DNA from: Octopus bimaculoides
Taxonomy: Eukaryota
Direction of reading: 5' to 3'
NCBI RefSeq assembly: GCF_001194135.2
Contig: NC_068996.1
Location: 50,591,420 to 50,655,419 of the forward strand
DNA: 64,000 nucleotides
The position numbers were made by a program, and so were the translations under genes. Positions within the stretch are counted from its first letter, which is position 1. Each line of letters opens with the position of its first letter. Below are positions 27,008 through 39,854 of the stretch, one piece after another. Under the pieces are notes generated by a model. It saw only the letters and a program-made list of their open reading frames with translations. It was not told the DNA's origin and did no database searches.

Positions 27008-28912
27008 GTATCAACTAATCACTTTTATTTAACGTAATGTCAGTCCTGGTCAGCTGACATACGACCAAAAGCCTTCCAGCGATGACCATTCCGGTTTTTC
27101 GTTTTGGGGGTGGGGGTGATTTTAAAAAATATATCTCAGATTACATTATTGATGCACCATTCCTTCTTTTATAAAAAAAAAACCCAGTAGGATGTGACTT
27201 AAGAAAGGTTGTTTTGCTGCTATTTCTAGCAAGTCAAAGAACCATGTAGAATGGCAGTTTGCAATGTTTCTCTGGTACCTTGTCATCCTATCTCCCTACA
27301 CCGAGGTATACAGCACCCTTGTTTAAGCTTCAAGGGATATCTTGCTATACACTCCTATAACAACTGTTTATAACAACCTAGAATGTTGTGATTTCCACTC
27401 CCATTTGGAGACCACTGATGTAACGACTCCAATAATTATTGAATTGTATTGACACAGTATATTTTTTGTATTTATTTATTCAATCTCGTCTGCAATATTT
27501 CTAACTTGTCGTAGTTTTTATTGTTGTAAGTGATGGGAGCAGGTTGTTGTTAGAAGTAATAAAATTTGAACAATTAAATGTCCATACGATACTAATCATA
27601 TGAGCTATTAACCTTTTTGTTTTCTTTTAGGATGAAAACATTTTGTTTTTGTTTTTAAGGATTCATCTCTAAAAATAACAGATGCGTCTTTGGCTGTGTG
27701 GTTAAGAAGTTTGCTTTCCAACCATGTGATTTGGGGTTCAGTTTCACTGTATGTCCCCTGGGCTGTAGTAGAAGTGCTTTCTACTATTGCCCAGGGCCAA
27801 CCAAAGCTTTGTGAATGGATTTGGCAGACAGAAACTGAAAGAAGCTTGTATGTGTGTAGTGTTGTCTAGACATCACGTGACAGTTGTAAATAAGCATCTT
27901 TGTCATACAAGCAATGTTCTTTGTCACCAATCTTCCATGAAACACATGTCTAGCCATAGGGAAATATTACCATGATTAGAAACAGGTGATAGCTGGCAAT
28001 ATCCATTCATTGGAAATCTGCCACAGCAAATTCCACCCTACTCATAAAAGAAAGCAAATGTCGACATTCAAATGGTGATGATAGAGTTTGTACATTTAAA
28101 CTAGATATTTCACTGTTATTACTTAGGAATTTATCATTGCTTTCACACTTTTAAGTCACTTTGAAGAACATGCTGAAAAATGTATTATAAATTACAGTAA
28201 TCTGCAGTAACCATGCAGAGTCCTTTGCATGAACCTGTTCTGCTCCCTCTGCCATATTAATGTGTTAATATGAAGCTGATCCCCACTTCCTACCCAGGGC
28301 TCATAATCCTGCAAATTGCATGGCACCCTCTGTTGTGCAGGTGGCATGAAAAAAAAAGATACCCTATTCCTGCTGTGAATTTGTTGTTATTAGGAAGGGC
28401 ATACAACTGTAGGAACCATACCAAAACAGATATTGGAGCTCGATGCAGTCCTGGGACCCATCACATCCTGTCAAACATCCAACCCATGCTGGCATGGAAC
28501 ATGGATGCTTAATGATGATGGCCATTGCCAGTACTACCTGACTGGCCTTCATGCCGGTGGCACGTAAAAGCACCCACTACACTCTCAGTGGTTGGCGTTA
28601 GGAAGGGCATCCAGCTGTAGAAACTCTGCCAAATCAGATTGGAGCCTGGTGTAGCCATCTGGTTCACCAGTCTTCAGTCAAATCGTCCAACCCATGCTAG
28701 CATGGAAGGCGGACGTTAAACGATGATGATGATAAATCAGTGTGGCTTGTGTTTGGTTTAAACCTGTGGAGTTACTCAAAATGGTCCTTATAAAAATCAA
28801 CAATGACACTGGAAATGGCATGTTTTGTTAAGAAACAGGTATTTGATTGGAATGAATTGAATTATGAAAGAATATATTTGATTCTTAATTGGTATTTTCT
28901 CTCTCTTTTCAG

Positions 28913-29026
28913 TGTGTTCAAGAGCGTGGAGCTGCAGTTATTAAAGCCAGGAAATTGTCGAGTGCAATGTCTGCTGCTAAAGCTATTTGTGATCATGTCC
29001 ATGATTGGTGGCATGGAGTGCCAAGT
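28913..29026 (+). CDS. MDH1: MDH1 coding exon 7 ([38 protein letters not shown])
   Basis: ctctcttttcag acceptor and gtaagc donor; 114 nt; [26 protein letters not shown] motif. Confidence 0.97.
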
Positions 29027-29380
29027 GTAAGCTTTTTAAGACCAAATCTGTTTTGATAGTGACTTTGTGTTTCAATGAATTATGAAAATGATCAAGAATG
29101 GAGAGAGATTTAGTTTTAAAAAAGCCACATTAGTGGATTTGGTAGATGGAAACTGAAAAAGAGCCCATCGTGTGTGTCTTTGTGTCTGTGTTTGTCTCCT
29201 TATCACTGCTTGACAACTTAGTTGGTGTGTTTGTGTCCCCATAACTTAGTGGTTCAGCAAAACAAACTGGTAGAATAAGTACCAGGCTTAAAAAGTAAGT
29301 ACTGGGATTGATTCATTCAATTAAAAGTTCAAAGCAGTGCCCCAGCATGGCCACAGTCTAATGACTGAAACAAATAAAAG

Positions 29381-29423
<43 letters not shown>

Positions 29424-30761
29424 TATCAGCCACACATACACAGTGTATGTATTTTTGCATGTTTGCTGGTTCGCTGCCGTACAGCACTCCGCAGTTGACT
29501 CCCTCATAACACTGAATGTTAAAACAACTGAAAATCACAGACAGGCAAGACAACTGTCATATCCAGGTGTGATGGATACCAATATTTCGCCATTTTTGTG
29601 GCTTATCAANNNNNNNNNNNNNNNNNNNNNNNNNNNNNNNNNNNNNNNNNNNNNNNNNNNNNNNNNNNNNNNNNNNNNNNNNNNNNNNNNNNNNNNNNNN
29701 NNNNNNNNNNNNNNNNNNNNNNNNNNNNNNNNNNNNNNNNNNNNNNNNNNNNNNNNNNNNNNNNNNNNNNNNNNNNNNNNNNNNNNNNNNNNNNNNNNNN
29801 NNNNNNNNNNNNNNNNNNNNNNNNNNNNNNNNNNNNNNNNNNNNNNNNNNNNNNNNNNNNNNNNNNNNNNNNNNNNNNNNNNNNNNNNNNNNNNNNNNNN
29901 NNNNNNNNNNNNNNNNNNNNNNNNNNNNNNNNNNNNNNNNNNNNNNNNNNNNNNNNNNNNNNNNNNNNNNNNNNNNNNNNNNNNNNNNNNNNNNNNNNNN
30001 NNNNNNNNNNNNNNNNNNNNNNNNNNNNNNNATTATAGCCCTGGGCAGACCAATGCCGTATGAATGGATTTGGTAGATGGAAACTGAAAGAGGTCCCTTT
30101 TGTATATTGTGTGTGGTGTGTGTGTGTGTGTTTGAGTATGGGATTGTCTTCAAGAATTAATGTCACACAAGTGGTATTGTTCATTTCCAAACTTACATGA
30201 AAAACATGTTTCGTTGTAAAGGAATATTTATCTTACCTGGAAACAGGTGAGGGTTGACATCTTGAAGGGCATCTGGCTATAGAAAACTGCCTCAACAAAT
30301 TCTGTCTGACTCATGCAGGTATTGAAAAGTGGACATTAAACATCAACAATGAATTACAAGATTAACTTTATAATTTTCAAATTTGATATTGCTTTTGTAG
30401 GGGTTGTGAAAATGAAAAATTTTGCAGGGTCATAGGATATATGAAAGATTAGGAACCATTGATGTAGAATCTCCATTATTAACTCATGAAGTAATGTCAA
30501 AGTTGAAGCAGAGCAGCTCTTAAAAGGTGTCATTTCTTGCCTTCTTTTAGTTTTGTTTTTGTCAGCCTTATTTCTTCTAAATCATTATATTTCACAATGT
30601 TTTCTACTTCAAGGAATTTTTGACATACAATTTGTCTCTACAAGTATGTTTCATGACTAACTTTAATTAAAAATTTTTTTTTAAATGTTTCCAATGTTTT
30701 TTTGGACACACCATTAGTTTTTATATTTTAATAAAATAAAGATTTCTTTTGTTCATTTCAG

Positions 30762-30971
30762 GGTACTTATGTATCAATGGCTGTTTGTTCAGATGGTTCC
30801 TATGGTATTGAAAAGGGTCTCATCTTCAGTTTTCCGGTGATTACCAAACCTGATCATAGTTATGAAATTGTCAAAGACTTGGCTATTGATGACTTTTCCA
30901 GATCTAAACTGGATATAACTCTCAAAGAACTTCTTGATGAAAGAGATCTTGCTTTGAGTGTTTGCGAATGA
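30762..30971 (+). CDS. MDH1: MDH1 last coding exon ([26 protein letters not shown]...[10 protein letters not shown])
   Basis: ttcatttcag acceptor; 210 nt ending in TGA at 30969-30971. Exons 2-8 plus a presumed ATG give a 332-aa protein. Confidence 0.96.
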   Translation, partial: GTYVSMAVCSDGSYGIEKGLIFSFPVITKPDHSYEIVKDLAIDDFSRSKLDITLKELLDERDLALSVCE

Positions 30972-30992
30972 CTGTTTGATCCTAAATTGTAA
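30972..30992 (+). other. MDH1: Candidate stop-codon readthrough extension of MDH1: (X)-L-F-D-P-K-L-stop, PTS1-like C-terminus
   Basis: GAA TGA CTG TTT GAT CCT AAA TTG TAA; leaky UGA-C context, in-frame second stop directly after PKL. Confidence 0.55.
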
Positions 30993-31105
30993 CCTTGCCT
31001 TAGACAAATATCTTGTGAAAAATATGATATTTTTAGATGTCCTTAGTTTACACAGCTACATCTTTATAATTTGATTCACAAAGAAAATATTTCTCTGATA
31101 AAAAA

Positions 31106-31111
31106 AATAAA
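31106..31111 (+). promoter_or_regulatory. Candidate MDH1 polyadenylation signal AATAAA (alternatives near 31488 and 31729)
   Basis: First AATAAA downstream of the stop codon; the AT-rich context makes chance hits likely. Confidence 0.3.
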
Positions 31112-32704
31112 TTTTTTAAAGATTTCCCCTGAAACTCAAGTTCTTAGGTTAAATTTTCTGTATCTAATTCAATAGATTAAGTGATTGTGCTAATTGTTTT
31201 GGCAAAATGATGTCCCCCTATCAAGAAGTAGATATTTTTAAAATGAAGAATAAGGTATATATTATGGTAAAACTGTTTCAGAACAAGAATCGATCAAAAA
31301 GTAAAATTAAAAATTAAGAATAAAACATTAAAAAAAAAAATTAAAAAAATGAAAACGGTTTATTGATCTGAAGAATAACATATTGAAATTTTGCTTGTAA
31401 TTCATGTCTTCAGAATAAATATTTGTAACAGGATTCTATACTGTATTCTTGTTTTATACATCACACTTGCACATACATACATAAGCAAATAAATAAACCG
31501 TTTTTCCATGCTTGGTTGGGCGTGAGTCTCACAGAGACTCTGAGATCCTTTGTCATTTGGGATATGGTAGCAGAGGAAACCAATCTTAGTTGTGTATATA
31601 ATTTTATGATTGGCTTCCTTTATTTTCAGCAACCATTTTGCAGCATAGACTCTACGCATTTTATCACACCACTGGCACTAAAAAGATTGTCTGTGACATG
31701 ATTAGATAGCCCCTTCTTAATAACTTTGAATAAAAGGGAAAAAAAAAAACTGAAACCCAAATTTTATTCAGTTATTTGCTCCTAGGTGGTTTGTCTGCTC
31801 TGTGGCTTGTGCAGTCCATGTCTCTTCCATTCATTCCTTTCATATTGCCAACCCAACTCACTGGTCATTGTTCTAAAATTAGACAAAAAGTCTCTGCAAG
31901 AAAGAAGCATTAACAAACTTGCATCAGAACGTCAGTGTATCGCTACTGGGTGACTTCAACCTGCCATAGCCTCAAATGGCCAAAAAGACTAACTTCTCTC
32001 TGGAATTCACAGTATGATGACAAATGAATAATCTTCACTTGACCTCATTGTTATGCAAGTCATTGGAATAAATGGTCCACTGCAGATGCAGAGGCAACAA
32101 AAGTAATTTGAAAATTACGATATGAAGGTGACTCTTAGGTTTTATTTCTCCAACCACATCATCATCATCATCATCGTTTAACGTCTGCTTTCCATGCTGG
32201 CATGGGTTGGATGGTTTGACTGAGGACTGGCAAGCCAGGTAACTGCACCAGGCTCCAATCTGATCTGGCAATGTTTCTACATCTGGATGCCTTTCCTAAC
32301 ACCAACCACTCTGAGAGTGTAGTGGCTGCTTTTTAAATGCCACTGGCACAGGTGCCATTCAGACGGTACTGGCATCGACCACGCTTGAATGGTGCTTTTT
32401 ACATGCCACCGATACGGGAGCCAGTGATGTGCAGGCCAAAAGAAAATGTTGCTCAGAACTTTACCAAATACATACAGAACTGCCAAAAAATGTATACACA
32501 CTTCAGGAAAGGAAAAATTTTTATTAACGTTTTTTATTTAGTGTTATCGCAGTTTGACAAATCATGGAAAGAGGCATCTATATTTATTGAGGTACTTATA
32601 CAAGTTAGATATTTATACAGATTTTTCCTTTCTTGAAGTGTGCATACATTTTTTTGGTGAACTCTATATTAGCATGTTTAGTGTGAATTCTAATGGGAAG
32701 AAAT

Positions 32705-33600
32705 TTTAGTTGAGGGTACAAGGGCTGTAATCTAAGGGCTAAAACCAAAGTCCTAGCAAATAGGAAAATGGACAAATCTAAAATCCCTCTAGAGAGATGG
32801 CCTTATTCAAGATGTGGGAAAGGTACTGGTAGAAACTCCATACAGTGTACCCACTATGGTTGAATGGCTTGGCCAGCTGGGGAGCTGTCCAGGTTCCATT
32901 CGTCTATTTTGGAATGGATGCATAAGAGATGTGGTGTATCATGGGAAGGTTAACAAAAAGGAGCCTTTGTGTGTGACAGATGTGCAGGTATAATAAATAC
33001 TAAGAATGTACAGAGAATAGACTTCCTGAAATGTTTGGGGGTCCTTAGCAGACAGCTTCCATTACCTAGGTAACTGAGTAGTGGAGGAGGAAGTTCTGAA
33101 AGTGTAGTTTCTAGAATAAGAATGGTTGGGCAAAGCTCAGAGAGCTTCTACCTTTGTTGGTAACTAAAAGCCTCTCCCTTAGAGTGAAAGACAGATTGTA
33201 TGATGCCTGTGTATGTACAGCTCTGCTACACAGCAATGAAACATGGGTTGTGACTACAGAGGACTTGTGAAGGTTTGAAAGAAATGAAGCCAACATGCTT
33301 AACTGGATGGGTGATGTTGGTGTGCAAATATGAAAGAGTGTAAGTGTCTTGAGAGAAAAATTGGGTACAAGAGGTGTCAGCTGTAGTGTACAAGAGAGGA
33401 AACTGCTGGTTTGATCATGGGATGCATATGGATGAGGACAGCTGCATATATAAGTGCTGAGTTCTAACTGTGGAGGGAACATGTGGAAAATCCAGGAAGA
33501 TGTGAGACAAGGTAGAGAGAGATCTTCAAACGGGCCTTAGAGGAGATTCCTGGTAGTTTGCCGTGCTTGAGAAGACCCAACAAGTTTAGTAAAAGTGTAA
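32705..33600 (+). mobile_element. Degenerate RTE LINE 3' fragment
   Basis: agaataagaatggttgggcaaagctcagagagcttctacct...cagcaatgaaacatggg matches the other RTE copies. Confidence 0.75.
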
Positions 33601-34977
33601 CTGTCCATACATACAGGTATGTCCTCTACATCCTTTTCTCAGCCTAGAGGTTCTTTTTTTGAGAGCTCACAGGTGCTGCTGTCATATAAAATGTGTGCCA
33701 GTGTTATGTAATGGCACTGTGCTGGTGCCATGTAAAAGTACTCCTGCCGGTGCCACATGAAAAGCACTCAGTACATTGTGAAGTGGTTGGTATTAGGAAG
33801 GGCATCAAGTTGTAGAAACCATTCCAAAATAGATGAATGGAACCTGGACAGGTCTCCAACTGGCCAAACCGTTCAACCAATGCCAGCATGGAAAGCAGAC
33901 GTTAAATGGTGATGATGATGGAACTGTTCTGAAACCATCTGTATGAAAACAACAGACATGGATGATTAAGAAGTGCCCTAACTAACTTTGTGGTTTCAGA
34001 TTCAATAATACTTGTTTGGTACCTTGGGCAAATGACTTCTGTCATAGATTCAGATAAACCAAAGCATTGTAAGTTAAACTTCATAAATGGAAGCTATTTG
34101 GAAGCCATTCCTGTTCTTCAGTGATAGACTTAATCTGTCCCATTGATTAACACTTCCATTGCTGCCACCACCACTACCACCACCTAATCTTTGATGCCTT
34201 TAGCTGACTTGCTCTGTAAACTAATCTGAGGTTTAGATAATTTTTCAGATTTAAAAAAAATTACCTTTATTCAAGAACAACTTCAGCAATTTGAATTCCT
34301 GTTGCACAATCACTTGTCCTTGGCATTACTGAGAGTGATCACATCAAGAATATTTGTTTAGTCAACTTTTGACTGTTTATAATTCTGTCAGCCAGGAGTA
34401 TTCCAATTATAGATTCCAAATGTACCATATGATGATAGTTGTGTACAGTAAGCTCTTGTCCAATGATTGTATATTATTGTCTGCTATATTGATTGTGTGT
34501 GTGTATATCTTTCTATCTGTGTATGAAAAATATTTCATCTCATACAATGACATCTTTCATTCTGCAAAGGCAATATTGTTCTAAGAATGTGGTTAAGCCC
34601 CAAATCAACCCTGTTTTATAAAACGCATTCATCCATCATGAATATCCCTGTCTTTTATTTCAGTTATAAGTAAATCTAGAACTACATTATCCCCTATGTC
34701 TTACCTTGTTTAACCCTTTTTATACCAACACATCTGACTGCCACTGGCTCTGTGATATCAACTTTTTATTTTAAGGTGATCTACATCAAAACCTCCCATC
34801 AAATTTCATGGTAATTTATGTACCAAATACCAGCTTGATAAGGATTAGGTTATTTTGCTAACATCTTCATTATCTTTTAAATTAATTGAAACAAGGGCTG
34901 TGTATTTCAGTAGAAATATGGTAAAAAGACATTAGGATGGTGGTTCTCAAATAATTTAATGCAAAATGGTATCTAGC

Positions 34978-35145
34978 AGACGCAGGAGTGACTGTGTGGT
35001 AAGTAGCTTGCTTACCAAGCACATGGTTCCGGGTTCATTCCCACTGCGTGGCACCTTGAGCAAGTGTCTTCTACTATAGCCTCGGGCCGACCAAAGCCTT
35101 GTGAGTGGATTTGGTAGACGGAAACTGAAAGAAGCCCATCCTATA

Positions 35146-35182
<37 letters not shown>

Positions 35183-35371
35183 GTGTGTGTTTGTGTTTGT
35201 GTGTCTGTGTTTATGTCCCCGTAACTTAGCAGTTCAGCAAAAGAGACCGATAGAATAAGTACTAGGCTTTCAAAGAATAAGTCTTGGGTTGACTTGTTTG
35301 ACTAAAGGCGGTGCTCCAGCATGGCCGCAGTCAAATGACTGAAACAAGTAAAAGAGTAAAAGTAAAGAGAG
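34978..35371 (+). mobile_element. Full-length tRNA-derived CORE-type SINE (octopus OR-like)
   Basis: tRNA-like head gcaggagtg.ctgtgtggtaag...ggttccgggttca; CORE-like accttg.gcaagtg; internal (TA)n/(TG)n; (GTAAAAGA)n tail. Other copies at ~15665, 24910, 27680, 29130, 41030, 47620 and 60400. Confidence 0.8.
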
Positions 35372-37559
35372 TAGTAACAGGATAGGCTCTGCTAGAGTCG
35401 GTGGAATGTTAATTGGACAAGATGCCTCGCAGTCTTTGTCCCAGCTCTCTGTATCCTGAGTTCAAATCCTGCGATAGTTTCAATTCAGGTGTTATATTCA
35501 ATCTGTTGCATGGTGTAACACATTGACCACCACATGGACCTTTTGTGGTTCATTGCAAACTACACACAGCATCCATATGTATCAACAGTGCTACATTTTC
35601 ATAAGTGGAGAAAATATTTTATTCTGTATCTTTCACATTGTTTTGAAGATGTTTAAATAACATGAGTGTTATATATTAAAGTTTAATTATGAAATATTGT
35701 AAAAATGCCAAAAAATTATTCTTCCTTGTAATTAAACAGTATACAATGAAACTGGAAACATGTGGTGTCACCACTAAGTTCCAGTAACAGGCTGTGGTAG
35801 TTAACATGTTAACACCACCACCTGATCTTTAAGTGCTTTCCTTTAGTATGGTTTATTCTATTGTAAGCATTCATACCAAGTCTTTGGTGTAAGGATGTCC
35901 TCTTCCTTCCTACCCGTCTTGGAAGCCCTATAAAGGTACTGCCCTTTTTTCTAGCTGTTGACTAAGCAATGAAAAAAGGGTGGATCACAGACTCTTTTTT
36001 TTTTTTTATGCATCATTAAAAGCTTTAGAAAAACTCTACAAATGCTTGATCATCTCTCTAAAACGTTATCATTTTGTTAAACACTAATAATAATAATAAT
36101 AATGACTTCTACTCTTGGTACAAGGCTTTGAAAATTTGGTTTTGGAGGGAGGTTAGTCGATTACATCAAACCAGTACATAACTGGTACTTATTTCATCGA
36201 CCCCAAAAGGATAAAAGGCAAAGTCATCCTTGGCAGAATTTGAACTCAGAATGTAGTGGAGGATGAAACACCGTTAACAATTCTGCCAGTTTGTCACTTT
36301 ACATAATAATAATAATACTGATTTCAAATTTTGGCTGAGAGGTAAGTTGGTTACATTGATCCCCTCATTCTCCCAGTACACAACCGGTACTTATTTTATT
36401 GACCCCAAAAAGATGAAAATCAAAGTTGACATTGGTGGAATTTAAACTCAGAACATGAAGATGGACGAAATGTAGTTAAGCATTTCACCTGTTGTACTAA
36501 TGATTCTGTCAGGTAAGAGGGTAAAACCCCACTTCGGTCATGAATGAGCATAGGATTGCACTTAGAAAGTTCACCTCCAAGGCACAAGTACAGGTAAGAT
36601 TGCTTATGGAAGATCAGTAATTGCTCATGCATATGTAAGGTAACGACCGTGCGAACTCAAAAAGGAGAAATGGTGACGAATGGAAAAACAGAGGACTCCT
36701 TTTATTTAAACGCGTCACACGGTCGAACACAAAATAATATATATCAATAATGATATACATGATATGTTATGCGACGATAACATAGATGACCAGTAATGAA
36801 AGACCACAACCGTATAAGATGAATAACAGAGATATTTATTATGGCGTTAAAGATGTATGTCTGTGTGAGAGTGTGAATGCGACATATAAGAACATAATCA
36901 AAGACAGGCCGTCATACAAAGAAAAGTGTGTATGTGAGTGATACATGTGTGTGTATGTCAGTATTTACAGCAAATAGAAAGAGTCAATAACACGTGAGCA
37001 ATTATACCAGTTCTTGGGTACACAATAATATGAATCTGTATGTGAAGTGAGTTGGCTGAGTGTGGCAGTGCTGATCACTAGTTGTGATGTCGTGGCATTG
37101 ATGCCGGGCCGTGATTCTTGTTATACAGATGTTCGTCGCNNNNNNNNNNNNNNNNNNNNNNNNNNNNNNNNNNNNNNNNNNNNNNNNNNNNNNNNNNNNN
37201 NNNNNNNNNNNNNNNNNNNNNNNNNNNNNNNNNNNNNNNNNNNNNNNNNNNNNNNNNNNNNNNNNNNNNNNNNNNNNNNNNNNNNNNNNNNNNNNNNNNN
37301 NNNNNNNNNNNNNNNNNNNNNNNNNNNNNNNNNNNNNNNNNNNNNNNNNNNNNNNNNNNNNNNNNNNNNNNNNNNNNNNNNNNNNNNNNNNNNNNNNNNN
37401 NNNNNNNNNNNNNNNNNNNNNNNNNNNNNNNNNNNNNNNNNNNNNNNNNNNNNNNNNNNTGGACGAAACTGCTGAAGTGGTCGCTGGCTGCTGCTGCTGT
37501 TGTGTGGTACACGGAACAGTTCTCAAAGAGAAACTGGACCGAGACAAATTGTTGGGTAT

Positions 37560-37720
37560 CAGTTGCTCTATTTAAGGCGTTAAGAGGGCTCCAAATGGCT
37601 TCAGAATTTTACTCTATCACGTGACCTTATTAGGGGCCGTGATTGGTCAGTTTGCGTTCTGGCGGGAAAGGTTCGAAGAATTTGCCGCTTCGAATAATAA
37701 TCAGTCACGTGATGACAAGG
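37560..37720. promoter_or_regulatory. CpG-rich promoter-like cluster: TATA-like (minus strand, 37569-37575), E-box TCACGTGA x2 (37617-37624, 37705-37712), CArG box CCTTATTAGG (37625-37634), CCAAT (minus strand, 37642-37646)
   Basis: Motifs read directly from sequence, in a CpG-retaining unique stretch; order and spacing fit a minus-strand promoter. Confidence 0.6.
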
Positions 37721-39633
37721 AATGGGTTCTCTACTACGCTCGCATTTATTTATATTTAAATGAGAAGAATGGCGATAGCAGTTTTGTATCTAATGGCGGT
37801 AGGTAGTTTCACTACACTTACCAGCCTCCCCTCTTCACGCCACCAATGTTATCCAAGGGAGAAGCAAAGGCCGATACAGATTGGCACCAGTGACATCACA
37901 ACTCATTTCTACAGCTGAGTGTATATACAGGGGTCGGACAAAATAGGTCGACTTCTTCGGGATTTGAACTCAGAACGTAGCGACGAGCGAAATACCGCTA
38001 CACATTTTTTCGTCAGCTCATCGTCCTAAAAAAGAAAGAAAAAAAGAAAAAAAAGATTTCACGTTCGCTTTCCATGCTGGTATGGGTTGGACGGTCTGAC
38101 AGCAGAAGTCAGAAGACGAATACAAATAATAAAAACAAAGGTGGCACGCTGGCAGAATCGTTAACACGTCGGGCAAAATGCTTAACGGCATTTTGTCCGT
38201 CTTTACGTTCTGAGTTCAAATTATGCCAGGATCGACTTTGCCTTTAATCCGTTTGAGACCGATATAATAGGTACCAATCGATGTAATCGACATACCCCTT
38301 TCCGAAACTGCTGAGTTTGTACCAAAATCTGAAGCGAATATGTATAATAAAAGAAAATAAGTAGTCGTTTGTATCTTTTTTTTTCTTCCTAAAGTTTTCA
38401 TTTTAAACCTGTATTTATTTTTCAATGATGTATGCTATCGATATTTTCCTTTATCTGCAGTAAACCACTTGGTCAGTTTTAAGAATCACTGCAGATGCAT
38501 TGTGATCTGAGAGTGGTTTCCTATGCGACCATTTCCAACAAAAGGAGCTGACAAAATCATAAGCAGAGTATACTGAGATGAAAAGAGTTGTGTACCTTGC
38601 CAACAAAACACTTTGGTTTTATTCCTTTCTTTTCCTCCCTCCCTCCCTTTCCTATGCTTTTCTTGTGAATACACCAGAGGTTTAATAGTATCAACTATTA
38701 GCTGAAAAGTTTGTTGTTACAAGTCAGTAACAAAGAACTCATTGAAAACGAAATTTCGAGTTGTCTCCCTTGCTTTGGTTTACGCAACCATTTATCACGC
38801 ATTACATTCGTACGTACACACACACGCACGCACACACACATATTGGCATACTTAACGCCGGTAATTGATTCCATGACATGCGACTTAACTAGAAAGATCA
38901 ATAATTTTTTGTACATATTTTTTTACATATATTCATTCGATTTTCATTTCAGTATTGAGTTTTAGATGTATTATTAAAAATGCTAATCTTTTAAAAGACG
39001 TTGATTGAGACTGACAGATAAATCGGGTGAAGTTTATTTTCTCCATTAATTTATTTAAAAAAAACAAACAAACAAAAAACGATGCAAGTAAAAAAAAAGA
39101 CGTAACACGAAACGACGTAATTTGAGGTAGGCGTACATTGTGTTCTCTACAAAGTATGGTGTTATCTATTTCATTATCAACTTCCTGAACATGGTTGATT
39201 AACGTCCGTAGAAATGCTTTGCAGCGGTATCTGTTCCGGCTCTTTACGTTCTGAGCTCAAATCCTTGCGTTGCCTTTCGTCTCTGAGGCTCAGTAAAATA
39301 AAGTAAAAAAACCAGGTTAAGAGTCATTGGTATCGACTAATCAATCTCTTCCAAACACAATTGCCATATATAATGGCCTTGTGCTTATACCTGAAAGGTT
39401 GCTTCTTGCTCCACTTTCGCTACAGACTAAAGATGTGGTTATACCATGGAAACCAAGTAACTGGCCTTGTTAGTCCGTGGACGCGGGATAATAATGTCTA
39501 GGGGTTATTGATGCTAAAGTACTTTTCGCATTGTTTTTTATTAGAAAAAACTTTCATATGCATTATAACAAATCATTTTGCAGTAAAATTTACATCATTA
39601 AACAAAAGTAAAAGACGTCAATATTTCAGATTA

Positions 39634-39840
39634 AGACGGTGAGCTGGCAGAATTGTTAGCATGCTGAGGCGGCATCTTGCTTTTCATTACGTTATGAGTT
39701 CAAATTCCGCCGAGGTCGACTTTGCTTTTCGTCCTTTCGGATTCGATAAAATAAATACCAGTTGGGCACTGGGATCGATGTAAGCGACGTAACCCACCTC
39801 CATCGAAACAGATGGCATTGTGCCGAAATTCGAAACCAAT
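39634..39840 (+). mobile_element. Near full-length tRNA-derived SINE with Meta-like domain
   Basis: agacggtgagctggcagaattgttagc...gagttcaaattccgccgaggtcgactttgc...gataaaataaataccag. Confidence 0.75.
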
Positions 39841-39854
39841 ATTTGGGAATAAAT

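Noticed and set aside
31830-32090. LLGDFNLP motif suggesting a CR1-type endonuclease
   Set aside because: Only one short motif in a decayed context; insufficient to annotate.
34978-35050. tRNA-like heads
   Set aside because: They are SINE 5' domains without a complete cloverleaf; no genuine tRNA gene is supported.
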